Below are positions 37,625 to 48,046 of a stretch of DNA of 64,000 bases, piece by piece (position 1 is the stretch's first letter; each line of letters opens with the position of its first letter). The notes under the pieces are model-generated. The model saw only the letters and a program-made list of their open reading frames with translations, ran no database searches and had not been told where the DNA came from. Both the position numbers and the translations under genes were made by a program. This DNA is from Promethearchaeota archaeon. GTDB taxonomy: Archaea; Asgardarchaeota; Lokiarchaeia; Sigyniarchaeales; SOKP01. Where the stretch lies: NCBI GenBank assembly GCA_019058245.1, contig JAHPZJ010000027.1:16330-80329 (forward strand), given 5' to 3'.

Positions 37625-38887
37625 ATGGAATTTATTGATAATTTAAAGAAATTAGGTAAGGACTGGAGATTATTAGTCATAGTAATTTGGATGCTAGTCG
37701 GAATTGCTTTAATTCCCATTCGCGATCCTCCTATTGTTTCTTTAATCGGTATAATAATATATTTCCCTTTTTTAGTTTTTTTGATGTATTTATTTTTACT
37801 TTCACTGGTTTCTAAGAAAAACATATTTGAATACCCCACTTGGAAAATAATATTACTTTTAGTATTATCATTACCGATTATGTTGCTAATTTCAATAATA
37901 CTAATAGCATTATTTTTAATTTCAGTTATAACTTATTTCTTTTTTACATCTTGGTTTATTTTATATGGGTGTTTTTTAACAGGGAAGAGTGTCGACAATC
38001 AGTTATCTAAGACTCCCAAAGCAAAACCATTTATAAGAACACTTATTTTTATTGGAGGTTTAGGTGGATCTCTAGCGTTATTATATTTTTTTCAAATTAT
38101 ACCTACAATAATAGATCTCTCGGTAATAACGGACATCTCTATTGATTTTCCCTGGTATTTAGATGGTGTTTTTATACTTATTGGAGCAATATTAGTTGGA
38201 TTCGGGATTACTGTTATCATTTACAAATTTAAAAAGGTTTTTAATGGCTGGTTTGGAATATTTGCACTCCTAGTTACATTTTATACATTATTTCTCGCAC
38301 TTAAGATCCATCTTTATGGTGCTGAAACAGAACCTAAAGGATATGAAGATATTTGGGCGTATTTTACATTAATAATTCCAGATATGATTATTATCTTTTA
38401 TTCTTTGAGCATGCTTATGGGATCTCAAGCAGAATTATTAAGCAAGAGACTTAAAAGATTTGGACTTGATACCGTGATAATCTGGTTAATATTATCAAAA
38501 GTTACTTATGAATTTATACATTATTTTCCATATGATGAATTAAGTATTTTTAAGATTCCTTTAATTCAATGGTTTGCTGAGAATATAGATAATGATTTTA
38601 TTAACTATATTAAGAATATTGCAGTTTTGGCCTTTTTTGTATTATTATTGATTATTATAGGAATCTATGAAATTCGAAAATATTCTATAGAACAATTAAA
38701 TCTATCAAAATTACCTGAAGACGAAATTAAAGAAACTTTACCTTTACTACCTACTACTGAAGACCAGACTTCTCCTTATGAAGAATCTGATCAAATTTCA
38801 GAGGAGCGTAAAATAAGTGAGAATAATGAAACATTAAGTAATGCTAGAGAAGACTCTGAAAATGACTATACTGATGAAATTGGATAA
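37625..38887 (+). CDS. Multi-pass membrane protein with acidic C-terminal tail
   Basis: About 10 hydrophobic segments; D/E-rich tail. Confidence 0.7.
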   Translation: MEFIDNLKKLGKDWRLLVIVIWMLVGIALIPIRDPPIVSLIGIIIYFPFLVFLMYLFLLSLVSKKNIFEYPTWKIILLLVLSLPIMLLISIILIALFLISVITYFFFTSWFILYGCFLTGKSVDNQLSKTPKAKPFIRTLIFIGGLGGSLALLYFFQIIPTIIDLSVITDISIDFPWYLDGVFILIGAILVGFGITVIIYKFKKVFNGWFGIFALLVTFYTLFLALKIHLYGAETEPKGYEDIWAYFTLIIPDMIIIFYSLSMLMGSQAELLSKRLKRFGLDTVIIWLILSKVTYEFIHYFPYDELSIFKIPLIQWFAENIDNDFINYIKNIAVLAFFVLLLIIIGIYEIRKYSIEQLNLSKLPEDEIKETLPLLPTTEDQTSPYEESDQISEERKISENNETLSNAREDSENDYTDEIG

Positions 38888-39044
38888 ATTTTTTTAAACT
38901 ATAAGTTATTTTTTATTTCTAAAAGTTCTTTTTTCCTTTATATCGCTAATTCAGAATAAATCAAAAATCTCTCATAGATTAATAGTTTAATAAATAGTTT
39001 TATTAAAGACTAATTCAAAAATTATCATACGTAATCTATAATCC

Positions 39045-39572
39045 GTGTTTGATATGAGTGATTTTGAAACTAATTCTGAGGAAATCTTTCTTAAGAAATT
39101 TGAAAAGTTAGCTTTAAATATTGAAAAATTGACAGATGAAATTTCAAATATGAAGAGAAAATTAGATAAGAATTATAAAATTAATAGAACTTTCGGTTTA
39201 AAATCTGTCAGAAATTCTGAACCCTTAAATTTTGCAAGAGATGTCATGGGAATTGGAAGTCCTACTAAAAGATATCTTCTCTCATTGAGAGCAATAACTG
39301 AAGAATGGAAAGGGAGAAAGAATGACATTCTGATTACAATTAGACAGCAAGAGAAAGAAACTCATATGGATTTGAAAGCTCTTGGGATTAGAATTTCAAT
39401 AAGTGATGTTAAAAATATTCGTGTCTTATCGAAACAAATTCTCTCATTATTGTATATCTCATGTGAATTACAGGGACTCGCCATTAACGAGATTTTAAGA
39501 GAAATCCTAACAGAAATAAATGAAGAAGGAACAAAAATGCTTCAAGAAATTAGACAAAAAATGTTATTTTAA
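39045..39572 (+). CDS. Hypothetical protein with N-terminal coiled coil
   Basis: 175-aa ORF with normal codon usage; no recognised motif. Confidence 0.55.
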   Translation: MFDMSDFETNSEEIFLKKFEKLALNIEKLTDEISNMKRKLDKNYKINRTFGLKSVRNSEPLNFARDVMGIGSPTKRYLLSLRAITEEWKGRKNDILITIRQQEKETHMDLKALGIRISISDVKNIRVLSKQILSLLYISCELQGLAINEILREILTEINEEGTKMLQEIRQKMLF

Positions 39573-39795
39573 GATTTCCTCAAATCATACAGAGATTAAT
39601 CCTCTCCTCTCTGAGAAAACTTAGTAATTATATTTACATTTTACTTAAAAAGGTTCGTGAAACAAGAATTTCACGATCAAAAATTAGCAACTCTATTATT
39701 ATTGTATCTTTAAAAAGCATAAATATTATATTTTGTTCAAATCAAGGATTATTCATTAGAATTTAAATAAAATAAAAAAAAAGAGGGAGTATAAT

Positions 39796-40593
39796 ATGGA
39801 ATATAAAGAAATTATTTTTCAAAAAAAGAATAGAATTGCCTCTATAACCATTAATCGACCTCAGCGATATAATGCTTGCAATCTCCGCACTGTTTATGAG
39901 TTAATCGATGCATTCGACCAATGCTGGGATAATGAAATTGGTGTTATTATTTTTACTGGAATAGGAGAAAAAGCCTTTTGTACTGGTGGAGATCAAACAA
40001 CACGCGAGAAGGGTGGGTATGAGGGGGAATTACTATTACCACTTGAAGTTGGTTGGCAACGTGTAACAAATTTAATCCGTACCTTACCTAAACCTGTTAT
40101 TGCTCGAGTTAATGGTTATGCGATTGGCGGTGGTCATGTTTGGCATGTAAATTGTGATCTCAGTATTGCAGCTGAGCATGCACAATTTGGACAAGCAGGA
40201 CCACGTGTGGGGTCATTTGATCCAGGATATGGAACGGGAGATTTAATGCGTGCAGTAGGGATAAAACGTGCAAAAGAGATTTGGTATTTATGTCGCCGTT
40301 ATACAGCACACCAAGCTTTACAAATGGGGCTTGTGAATTCTGTTGTTCCTTATGAAAAATTAGATGAAGAAATAGATCAATGGTGTCAAGAATTATTGGA
40401 AAAAAGTCCTATAGCTTTAAAAATGTTAAAATATGCCTTTTTAGCTGAAACTGATGGAGTAACAGGTATTACTCAACTGGGTGTTGGCGGGCTTTCTCTA
40501 TATTATGGTACTGATGAAGCTGTAGAAGGAAAGAATGCTTTTATAGAAAAACGAAAAGCCGATTTTAATCAATTTAGAAAGAAACAGTCATAA
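39796..40593 (+). CDS. MenB/BadI-like crotonase (naphthoate synthase family)
   Basis: AFCTGGDQ, GYAIGGGHV, FGQAGPRVGSFDPGYG, AKEIWYLCRRY, YYGTDEAVEG. Confidence 0.85.
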   Translation: MEYKEIIFQKKNRIASITINRPQRYNACNLRTVYELIDAFDQCWDNEIGVIIFTGIGEKAFCTGGDQTTREKGGYEGELLLPLEVGWQRVTNLIRTLPKPVIARVNGYAIGGGHVWHVNCDLSIAAEHAQFGQAGPRVGSFDPGYGTGDLMRAVGIKRAKEIWYLCRRYTAHQALQMGLVNSVVPYEKLDEEIDQWCQELLEKSPIALKMLKYAFLAETDGVTGITQLGVGGLSLYYGTDEAVEGKNAFIEKRKADFNQFRKKQS

Positions 40594-40600
40594 TTGAGAA

Positions 40601-42349
40601 TTATTTCTCTATTAGGATAAGCTTATTTTCATCCAATATAATTTTATTCTTATTTAAGGGACTAAGGTTATAAGTATTTTTCATTGTATTAACAATTAGA
40701 TTTCCAATAAACCTAAGCTTAAGTGTATTAAATAAATCATTAATCATTTGTAGATCTTGGGGAATTGAGACTCCAAAAAAGGGATTTAAAAATAAGTATA
40801 TACTTGCACAAATTATCATCCCTATGATCAAACTTATCGTACCATCAAATGGAAAGATTAATAGAATGAAGAATAAAATCAATAAATTAGGAATCAATCT
40901 ATATAATTGAAAGTTATATTTAATTTCTAATTTTTTTTTGAGTTGAAATAAAATATAAGGTAATAAAAAAAGTGAAGAAATAATCATAACAATCCCTATT
41001 CCTAGTATCTTAAAAAGGAAAATAAAAAACGGAGTAGTTGCAATTATTATTAATAAAGTTATTCCAAAACCTTTAGCAGCTACGTCGGCATTTCCCGAGC
41101 CTATTAGAGCATTTCCAAATAATGTTGCATATCCATAGATAAATTGCCCTGAAATAATAAGAATGAATAAAGTTTGAGCCATATTGAATTGATCTTTATT
41201 AAAAACCCCATTTTCTATAAAAAAGCCTCTATGTAAGTAAAATAATATTTCCCCAGAAAGAGCAATCATTGCAGTCATAAAACCTAATGCTAAAATACTC
41301 GAGATTCGTGTAGAAGCATTTATAGACTCCTCTATGGTCTCATGATTATCTTTTACATTTGCTTCAGCTATTTCAATATTTAATGGAGCAGAATAATAAA
41401 GAATTACCGATTTTACAGCACCATAAGTTAACAAAACAGTCAATAAACTCAAACCAAATCCTTGTGTTGAAGGATCGGTAAAAACTGCTAGGTAGATTGC
41501 AGCAAAAAAAAATAAAATATCTTCAAAAAATCTAGAGTTTTGAATATTCGTTATCATAGAATACACCGAATTTTTCATATAATCCCATATTTGATGTTTT
41601 TTAATCAAATTTCTGTATTTTGAGGGTGCTTTCTTTCTCATAGCTTGAGATGTTAGATGCGACTTCAAAATCTCAAATATAGAATAAGGTGCTAATCGTA
41701 TAAAAAAATAAATTAAGAGAATTAAGGTAATTATATTGAAACATGGATAAAATGCAAATAAAGAAGGATTCAGATTAAATGATATGAAAATATATGCAAA
41801 TATTAATAAAAATATTCCATTAAATATTGATGTAAAAGCAATTATATCATATCTATTTCTAATTTCAATTCCAATTTGAAACATTAATGTACCATAAATC
41901 AAAAAAGTAGAGAAACCAGAAGCAAAGATACATTCTCTTAATAATATATTTGTTAAAAAAAACCAAAAAATAAAAGGAATAATTATCATAATTAATCCTA
42001 ATCCTAATCCAATTAATAATAATAGCTTGGAGTAAGTAGTAGCTTTCAATCGTCCAAATTCCTCATCAATAACAAATGCAGCTTTAATTTCCGCGATAAA
42101 ATATCTAGAAATCCCAATTCCAATTAAACTAACAATCCCATTAATAGCTGTTGTTAATCCAAAATATTGTAACCCATCCCAACCTGTACCTAATATTACA
42201 AAAATCCAAATACAAGCTGCATTAATTAATGAAAAGAACATATTAAGAGATCCAGAAGTGACTGCTCGCGAACTACCTTCTTTTGCAAAAAAATTATGTT
42301 CTCTTATGAATTCAATTTGGAATTTTTCTTTTTCTGGTTTTTTTTCCAT
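40601..42349 (-). CDS. MATE/Wzx-like flippase or transporter
   Basis: About 13-14 TM helices with MOP-superfamily-like layout. Confidence 0.6.
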   Translation of the reverse strand: MEKKPEKEKFQIEFIREHNFFAKEGSSRAVTSGSLNMFFSLINAACIWIFVILGTGWDGLQYFGLTTAINGIVSLIGIGISRYFIAEIKAAFVIDEEFGRLKATTYSKLLLLIGLGLGLIMIIIPFIFWFFLTNILLRECIFASGFSTFLIYGTLMFQIGIEIRNRYDIIAFTSIFNGIFLLIFAYIFISFNLNPSLFAFYPCFNIITLILLIYFFIRLAPYSIFEILKSHLTSQAMRKKAPSKYRNLIKKHQIWDYMKNSVYSMITNIQNSRFFEDILFFFAAIYLAVFTDPSTQGFGLSLLTVLLTYGAVKSVILYYSAPLNIEIAEANVKDNHETIEESINASTRISSILALGFMTAMIALSGEILFYLHRGFFIENGVFNKDQFNMAQTLFILIISGQFIYGYATLFGNALIGSGNADVAAKGFGITLLIIIATTPFFIFLFKILGIGIVMIISSLFLLPYILFQLKKKLEIKYNFQLYRLIPNLLILFFILLIFPFDGTISLIIGMIICASIYLFLNPFFGVSIPQDLQMINDLFNTLKLRFIGNLIVNTMKNTYNLSPLNKNKIILDENKLILIEK

Positions 42350-42533
42350 ATATGGAGTATACTCTAAACTAATTATTGATATTGAATTAAAGGGATGTAA
42401 AAAAGTTTTAGAAATTAAAAAACTAAAGAGTAAATCTCATATTAAAAATTTTTATTCATCGAATAATAAAACATATTTTTATGAAAGCTTTTTTAATCAG
42501 CATAATTAAAATTCAAAAATTTATATCATAAAA

Positions 42534-42707
42534 ATGAATAAAGAAGAAATCATATGTGCGAATTGTGGAGAAAATACATCCAATGAATTATATGAATGTA
42601 TCGAATGTTATAATCAAATATGTGAAGAATGTGCTAATATCTGCAAGAAATGTGGAAATTATTTATGTGATGGTTGTTATCATGAACATAAGAAGAATTG
42701 TAGATAA
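42534..42707 (+). CDS. Small Cys-rich zinc-binding protein (57 aa), not in ORF track
   Basis: MNKEEIICANCGENTSNELYECIECYNQICEECANICKKCGNYLCDGCYHEHKKNCR: five CxxC plus HxxxC; stop abuts next ATG (TAAATG). Confidence 0.8.
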   Translation: MNKEEIICANCGENTSNELYECIECYNQICEECANICKKCGNYLCDGCYHEHKKNCR

Positions 42708-43112
42708 ATGAAAGGCTCTTATATCTTAGTTATATTTTTTGGAACAGGAAAAGAGATTAGAATTGGTGCTCTTGGAAAGATTTTTTTTTCTAATGGGTAT
42801 TATTGTTATATAGGATCTGGTATGGGGAATATTGGATCTTCTACATTATTGAACAGAGTAAAAAGACATATTCTAAACCAGAGTGAAAAAAAAATCCATT
42901 GGCATATAGATTATATGTTAGCAGATACAGCTTCCATAATAACTAAAATCTACTTAATCCCTTCAATTGAACGATTAGAATGCATTATTGCTCAAGAACT
43001 ATCTAATTATTCTGATGATTTTATAAAAAATTTTGGCTCTTCTGACTGTAACTGTGAAAGTCATTTGTTCTATTTTAAGAACTTCACAAAATTAAGTAAA
43101 TTATTGCGATAA
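42708..43112 (+). CDS. GIY-YIG (DUF123/Uri) nuclease family protein
   Basis: KGSYIL, YCYIGSG, RVKRH, HWHIDY, FGSSDC.CESHLF. Confidence 0.88.
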   Translation: MKGSYILVIFFGTGKEIRIGALGKIFFSNGYYCYIGSGMGNIGSSTLLNRVKRHILNQSEKKIHWHIDYMLADTASIITKIYLIPSIERLECIIAQELSNYSDDFIKNFGSSDCNCESHLFYFKNFTKLSKLLR

Positions 43113-43358
43113 ATATGGAAAAAAAAATAATATCAAAATTGCTCCTGAGCTATAAACAAGTATATACCAGTAAAGCCAAAATATATCTCCTTTTTGGGGT
43201 TCAGTTGGATGATATGTAATAAGGATGAAAGCATCATTAATAAAGTGAGATAAAAAAGCAAATAAAATGGTAAATATAATATTAATCGGAAATATAAAAA
43301 TCTTAAAACAAAAGATCTGGATTAATTTACCAGTTAGAACATGAGTAGGTAAATTTAT
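43101..43358 (-). pseudogene. Probable truncated membrane metal-dependent hydrolase (YdjM-like) fragment without canonical start
   Basis: Open frame NLPTHVLTG...FAFLSHFINDAF...YHPTEPQKGDIFW...FFPYLSQ*; HxxxG and SHxxxD motifs; only ATA available as start. Confidence 0.45.
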
Positions 43359-43498
43359 TATCTTCTGCTTTAGATAAAAAGATCATAATCCAGATAAAAA
43401 TAATGATAATAAAAATTCTTAAGTTTAGAAATAATTTTTTATTAGTACATATTATTTAAAACAAAAGAAGATAACTCAAATAATGAAAAATAGAGAGT

Positions 43499-44446
43499 GT
43501 GAAAATTATTATGGGAATGTTAGATGGAAAAGTAGCAATTATTACAGGTGCTGGTAGGGGATTAGGTCGTGAAGAAGCTTTACTTTTTGCCAAAGAAGGG
43601 TGTAATTTAGTTGTTAACGATTTAGGTGCAGGTTTTGATGGTAGTGGGGCTGAAACAAAGGTTGCTGATGAGATAGTAAAAGATTGCGAGAATTTGGGAG
43701 CAAAAGCTATAGCAAATTATGATTCCGTAACAGATTTCAATAAAGCTAAAGCCATGATCGACCAAGCAGTTTCTGAATTTGGGAAATTGGACATTCTTGT
43801 AAACAATGCAGGTATTCTTAGAGATCGAATGCTTTTTAATATGACAGAGCAAGAATTTGATGATGTTGTTGCTGTACATCTAAAAGGTACTTTTAATATG
43901 ACTCGTCATGCTGCTGCTTATTTTAGAACCACTGTTAAGGCAAATGAGTCACTTGGAAATTTCGGAAGAGTTATTAATACAGCATCTGATGCAGGTCTAA
44001 CCGGGAATTTGGGGCAAACTAATTATGGAGCAGCAAAAGCCGGTATTGCAGCATTTACTATGAATGCTTCGATGGAACTAAAAAAGTATGCTACAGTTAA
44101 TTGTATCGTTCCATTAGCAAGAACTCGTTTAACTGTTGATGCAACTCCACAAACTGCTGAATTTATGAAGAAACTCGATAAATCAGGCTATGATATTTTT
44201 AATCCTGTTAATGTAGCACCTATGGTTGCATTTCTAGCATCAGATAAAGCTTCAAAAATCAATGGTGAAGTATTTAGAGTTGTAGGAGATCGTATTATGT
44301 TATTCCAAGGATGGCATACTGTTCATCAAATTAACAATGATCATAAGCCATTTACCCCTCAATTGATAGCGGAAAGAATTAACGAATTAATAAAAGCAGC
44401 ACCCAAAAAAGAAAATTTATTTGGTCTTTTAGGAGATCTGGTTTAG
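43499..44446 (+). CDS. Short-chain dehydrogenase/reductase (3-hydroxyacyl-CoA dehydrogenase-like)
   Basis: [28 protein letters not shown]; likely start ATG 43511 or 43517. Confidence 0.92.
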   Translation: MKIIMGMLDGKVAIITGAGRGLGREEALLFAKEGCNLVVNDLGAGFDGSGAETKVADEIVKDCENLGAKAIANYDSVTDFNKAKAMIDQAVSEFGKLDILVNNAGILRDRMLFNMTEQEFDDVVAVHLKGTFNMTRHAAAYFRTTVKANESLGNFGRVINTASDAGLTGNLGQTNYGAAKAGIAAFTMNASMELKKYATVNCIVPLARTRLTVDATPQTAEFMKKLDKSGYDIFNPVNVAPMVAFLASDKASKINGEVFRVVGDRIMLFQGWHTVHQINNDHKPFTPQLIAERINELIKAAPKKENLFGLLGDLV

Positions 44447-44512
44447 CAATATTTTAAATTTCTTTTTTTCTTTAATTTTTTTTTTTTTCTATAAGTGATT
44501 TGTGTGAAATAT

Positions 44513-44791
44513 TTATTCCAAATTATGAGTTATTTCTCTGAAAATATGATAAATAAGCATAATAATTCTATCAAAATCTTTTTCAGATATATTAGAGTTA
44601 TTGTTTTCCAGTTTGTTTAACAAAAACTCTAATTTATCTAATCCATTTTTGAGATATGAAATTTCTTGTTTATTTCTTGTTCTTTCAAATCGAGTTTTTA
44701 AAAAAATTATCTCACTTAAAAGCATTTTTACCATCTTTACTTTTCTTAGTTGAATAATATTATCATACGACCACAAAACTATTTTACTCAT
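44513..44791 (-). CDS. Hypothetical small helical protein
   Basis: 92-aa ORF with GAGGT upstream. Confidence 0.5.
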   Translation of the reverse strand: MSKIVLWSYDNIIQLRKVKMVKMLLSEIIFLKTRFERTRNKQEISYLKNGLDKLEFLLNKLENNNSNISEKDFDRIIMLIYHIFREITHNLE

Positions 44792-45017
44792 TTTTAAACC
44801 TCTAAAGTGATATTTTTCCTAAATTATAATAAATAAAAAGTGAATAAATGTCTTAAAGAGACCAATATTTAAGATTCAATTTATTATTAAAATTTTAAAT
44901 AATCTTAAACTTACATTTAAAAAAAATTTAAGAATTTGGATTTAGTATTAAATGAAAAGAAAGCGCTATGATTATATGTAATCTAATTTATTTCTCTCTT
45001 TGTTTACACTCTTTTAA

Positions 45018-45488
45018 TCATTTTTCCTCAATTAAATCTTTATAGAAGTCATCACTATACATATCTTCATCATCTTTTTCTCTTTTCATATCCAGATACA
45101 TATAGTAAGCACTTATTAAAGCCCCTCCAAGTAATCCAACAGGAATTCCTGTTAAGACGACATTTAAAAACCAAACTAAAAAAAAAACAATGTTAGGATA
45201 ATAGATTAATGTATCCAATAAAGAGATTAGGAACGCTGACATAATACCTCCAAATATTCCTACTATTATACCACATGATAATATTTTTTGATTCTTAGAT
45301 CTATTTCTTAACGCATAAAACACTCCAATAACAGTACCAATTAAAAATTGAAGATCATAAATAAGATATAAACGTACAAAAAAAGTATGAGTAGTTAAAT
45401 AAGCTATAGCTGAGACTATAACATTAAAACTTAAACCTAATTTAACATTGCGTTCTTGAAAATATTCAATAAAATTCAAAATATCCAC
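45018..45488 (-). CDS. Hypothetical 4-TM membrane protein
   Basis: Four hydrophobic Gly-containing helices, acidic tail. Confidence 0.65.
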   Translation of the reverse strand: MDILNFIEYFQERNVKLGLSFNVIVSAIAYLTTHTFFVRLYLIYDLQFLIGTVIGVFYALRNRSKNQKILSCGIIVGIFGGIMSAFLISLLDTLIYYPNIVFFLVWFLNVVLTGIPVGLLGGALISAYYMYLDMKREKDDEDMYSDDFYKDLIEEK

Positions 45489-45566
45489 TGAAATATTGAT
45501 TTTTCAAAATAATGGAATTAAGAAAATGAAAAAACAATAATATAAGAAACTTTTCAAAATAAATTG

Positions 45567-46358
45567 TTATCTGTCAGCACCAGGTATGTCCTTACCTTTT
45601 GTTATTGCCTTTGTTATTCCTTTTTTTACTATTTTTGTAGGATCCACCAGATTTTTTAGACCCTGTACTGCGGCATCTCCTGCCTGTCCAAGAACATCAC
45701 CACTAATTGTGCCTCCACCAATCAATTCTTCCGCAATAACTCCTACAGCTGGAGTTAATGCGGCAGATACAATTGTGGTAACTGCTGCTATGGCTACAAA
45801 CTTTGCAATTTTTAGGGCAATTGGACTATCATTTCCTTTTTTAGCCTTTTCATCATCTCCTACAGCTTCTAAGGATCTTGTAAGCCCCTTTATTAATCTA
45901 TTTAAAGCATCTTCCTTCTTCAATTTATTACCTTTATAATAAATACCATCCTTATAAGCAACCTCTAAGAATTTTGTTAAAGATTTATATTTTACAACTT
46001 TTTTATATCCATTCCAGCCCTCTTCTTGGAAATTTGTCAATATAGAAGTGCATGGTTTACCATTCTTTACATTGAATACATAGATTTTTGGCTCTTTTTT
46101 ATCACTAAGATAAATAGCTTCATAAATAAAATCTCCAATTTCTTCTTTATTACCTATTAATATCCTAAAATTAATTTTATCAGTATTACCTATCAAACCC
46201 TTAGAAAATTTTGCTAAAGCTACTTTTCCTTTTTTCGCTTTTTTTTCTTCCTCCATAACTGTGTCAGAACGTTTTTCTTCAAAATAATCATTTAGAACAT
46301 CAAAAGCATCTTTAAATACCTTTTTAGCCTTATCAATCTCCTTTCCCATAAATTTCAC
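45567..46358 (-). CDS. Hypothetical protein with C-terminal Ala/Gly-rich hydrophobic helices
   Basis: Lys-rich soluble N-terminal part; IAKFVAIAAVTTIVSAALTPAVGVIAEELIGGG segment. Confidence 0.6.
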   Translation of the reverse strand: MKFMGKEIDKAKKVFKDAFDVLNDYFEEKRSDTVMEEEKKAKKGKVALAKFSKGLIGNTDKINFRILIGNKEEIGDFIYEAIYLSDKKEPKIYVFNVKNGKPCTSILTNFQEEGWNGYKKVVKYKSLTKFLEVAYKDGIYYKGNKLKKEDALNRLIKGLTRSLEAVGDDEKAKKGNDSPIALKIAKFVAIAAVTTIVSAALTPAVGVIAEELIGGGTISGDVLGQAGDAAVQGLKNLVDPTKIVKKGITKAITKGKDIPGADR

Positions 46359-46647
46359 TTCACTTTAATAGATTTGGGTTACATTAAATATTAAAATCAA
46401 AATATTTATGTTTATTTCTTTTGAAAAGCTTTATTAAGCAAAATAGTTAATGAAATCTAGTCATTTATATTGTAATTACTATATAAAATATTTTTATTTT
46501 CTGGAATTCATTCTTTTAAGATTTTTCTCATCAGATATTAAGAAAAATTTGATTTTTAAACAAGATTCCTATACTTAAATAATAATAAATCTTAAATAAT
46601 AATTATAGAATTAATCTTCTCAATAACATAAATGTAAATTGAGTTAA

Positions 46648-47001
46648 ATGAGTGAAAGAATAACTGAAATACTCGATAGTTTAAAGTCAATAAAAGGGGT
46701 ACATGGTGCTGCTTTAATTGAGAAATTTGGCCTAATAAAAGGGAGTGCTCTGCCTGGTTGGGTTGATCCTGAAGCCGTTGCCGCAATGGTGACATTGATA
46801 TTAAAGGCGAGCCAGAGAGCAACGAAAGAATTGGAACAGGGTCAATTTTTTAGTGCTATTATAGAATCTGAAAAAGGCAAAATCCTTTTTAGCGAAATTA
46901 AAGGAAATATTTTGACTATAATTACCACTCGTGAAGCAAAATTAGGTATAATTAATTTAAAACTAGATGCTGCTAGTTCAGCATTAGGTGAATTGATTTA
47001 A
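46648..47001 (+). CDS. Roadblock/LC7 domain protein
   Basis: GVHGAALIEKFGLI.GS.LP..VD...VAAM, ELEQG, IIESEKGKI, AKLG pattern. Confidence 0.88.
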   Translation: MSERITEILDSLKSIKGVHGAALIEKFGLIKGSALPGWVDPEAVAAMVTLILKASQRATKELEQGQFFSAIIESEKGKILFSEIKGNILTIITTREAKLGIINLKLDAASSALGELI

Positions 47002-47118
47002 TTTTTTTATTCTTTTTTTTTAAATAAGATATTAAAAAGTTTATTATCTTCTTCTCAAAATTCATTACTTAAGATTTAAAACTTAATAAAAATAAATATA
47101 TTACAGTATAATAGAGAG

Positions 47119-48033
47119 GTGATTTATCTGGTATTTATAAATTTAGAAGGTAAATTTGATAATAATTATTATTTATTAGATGGTATGACTATGGGAACGC
47201 AGAAGTATCTTTCAATTTATATCATAGAACATAATGGAATGCGATTAATGATTGATGTTGGAGAATCTTTCAAAATTCGTAAAATTTTAAAAAAACTCAA
47301 AGATATGGGATTATATCCAATCCATAAAATCTTATTAACTCATTCTCATTGGGATCATGCTCAAGGGCTTTCAAAAATAATTAGTTCTATGAAGGATTTG
47401 GATATTGAAATATTAGCTTCTGAAAATGCTATTGAGAATTTAAAGCATCCTGAAAATATGATTAAAGGATTTGAAAATATGGGTGATTTATATCCTTTTG
47501 ATGAAGAGATTACTCCTTTGAAGGAAGGAGACATTATTGATATAAATGGATTAGAATTAGAAATAGTCAACTTATTTGGGCATACTAAGGATTCTATAGG
47601 GATTATTGATAAAATCAATAAAAATATATTCGTGGGAGATGCAATTTTAGAGAGATTAGATCAAAATGCTTTTTTTGTACCTCTCATGCCCCCTGATTTT
47701 CATGAAGAAGAACTTCTGAAAACATTTAATAAATTACGAAATATGAAGGATGAGTTAAACTCTATCTCTTTAAGTCATTTTGGAGTATGGAAAGATAATC
47801 ATTTTGAACAAATATTAGATGAGATGGAATCTTTATACTTTAAAGTCAAGAACTCCTTAATTGAATGGTATATAGAAGATCCATCTATAGACTCTATAGT
47901 AAATAAATATTTTAGAAACTTTACACCTAATTCCAAAATTTGGAATGAGAAGGCATTTGTATTTATTATCGATATGATGCTAAATGGTTTAAAAATTTGT
48001 GGATTAATAAAAGAACAACCTATCTCACACTGA
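47119..48033 (+). CDS. Metallo-beta-lactamase fold hydrolase
   Basis: LTHSHWDH, GHT, FVGDA, SHFG. Confidence 0.88.
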   Translation: MIYLVFINLEGKFDNNYYLLDGMTMGTQKYLSIYIIEHNGMRLMIDVGESFKIRKILKKLKDMGLYPIHKILLTHSHWDHAQGLSKIISSMKDLDIEILASENAIENLKHPENMIKGFENMGDLYPFDEEITPLKEGDIIDINGLELEIVNLFGHTKDSIGIIDKINKNIFVGDAILERLDQNAFFVPLMPPDFHEEELLKTFNKLRNMKDELNSISLSHFGVWKDNHFEQILDEMESLYFKVKNSLIEWYIEDPSIDSIVNKYFRNFTPNSKIWNEKAFVFIIDMMLNGLKICGLIKEQPISH

Positions 48034-48046
48034 TCAAATTAATTTT

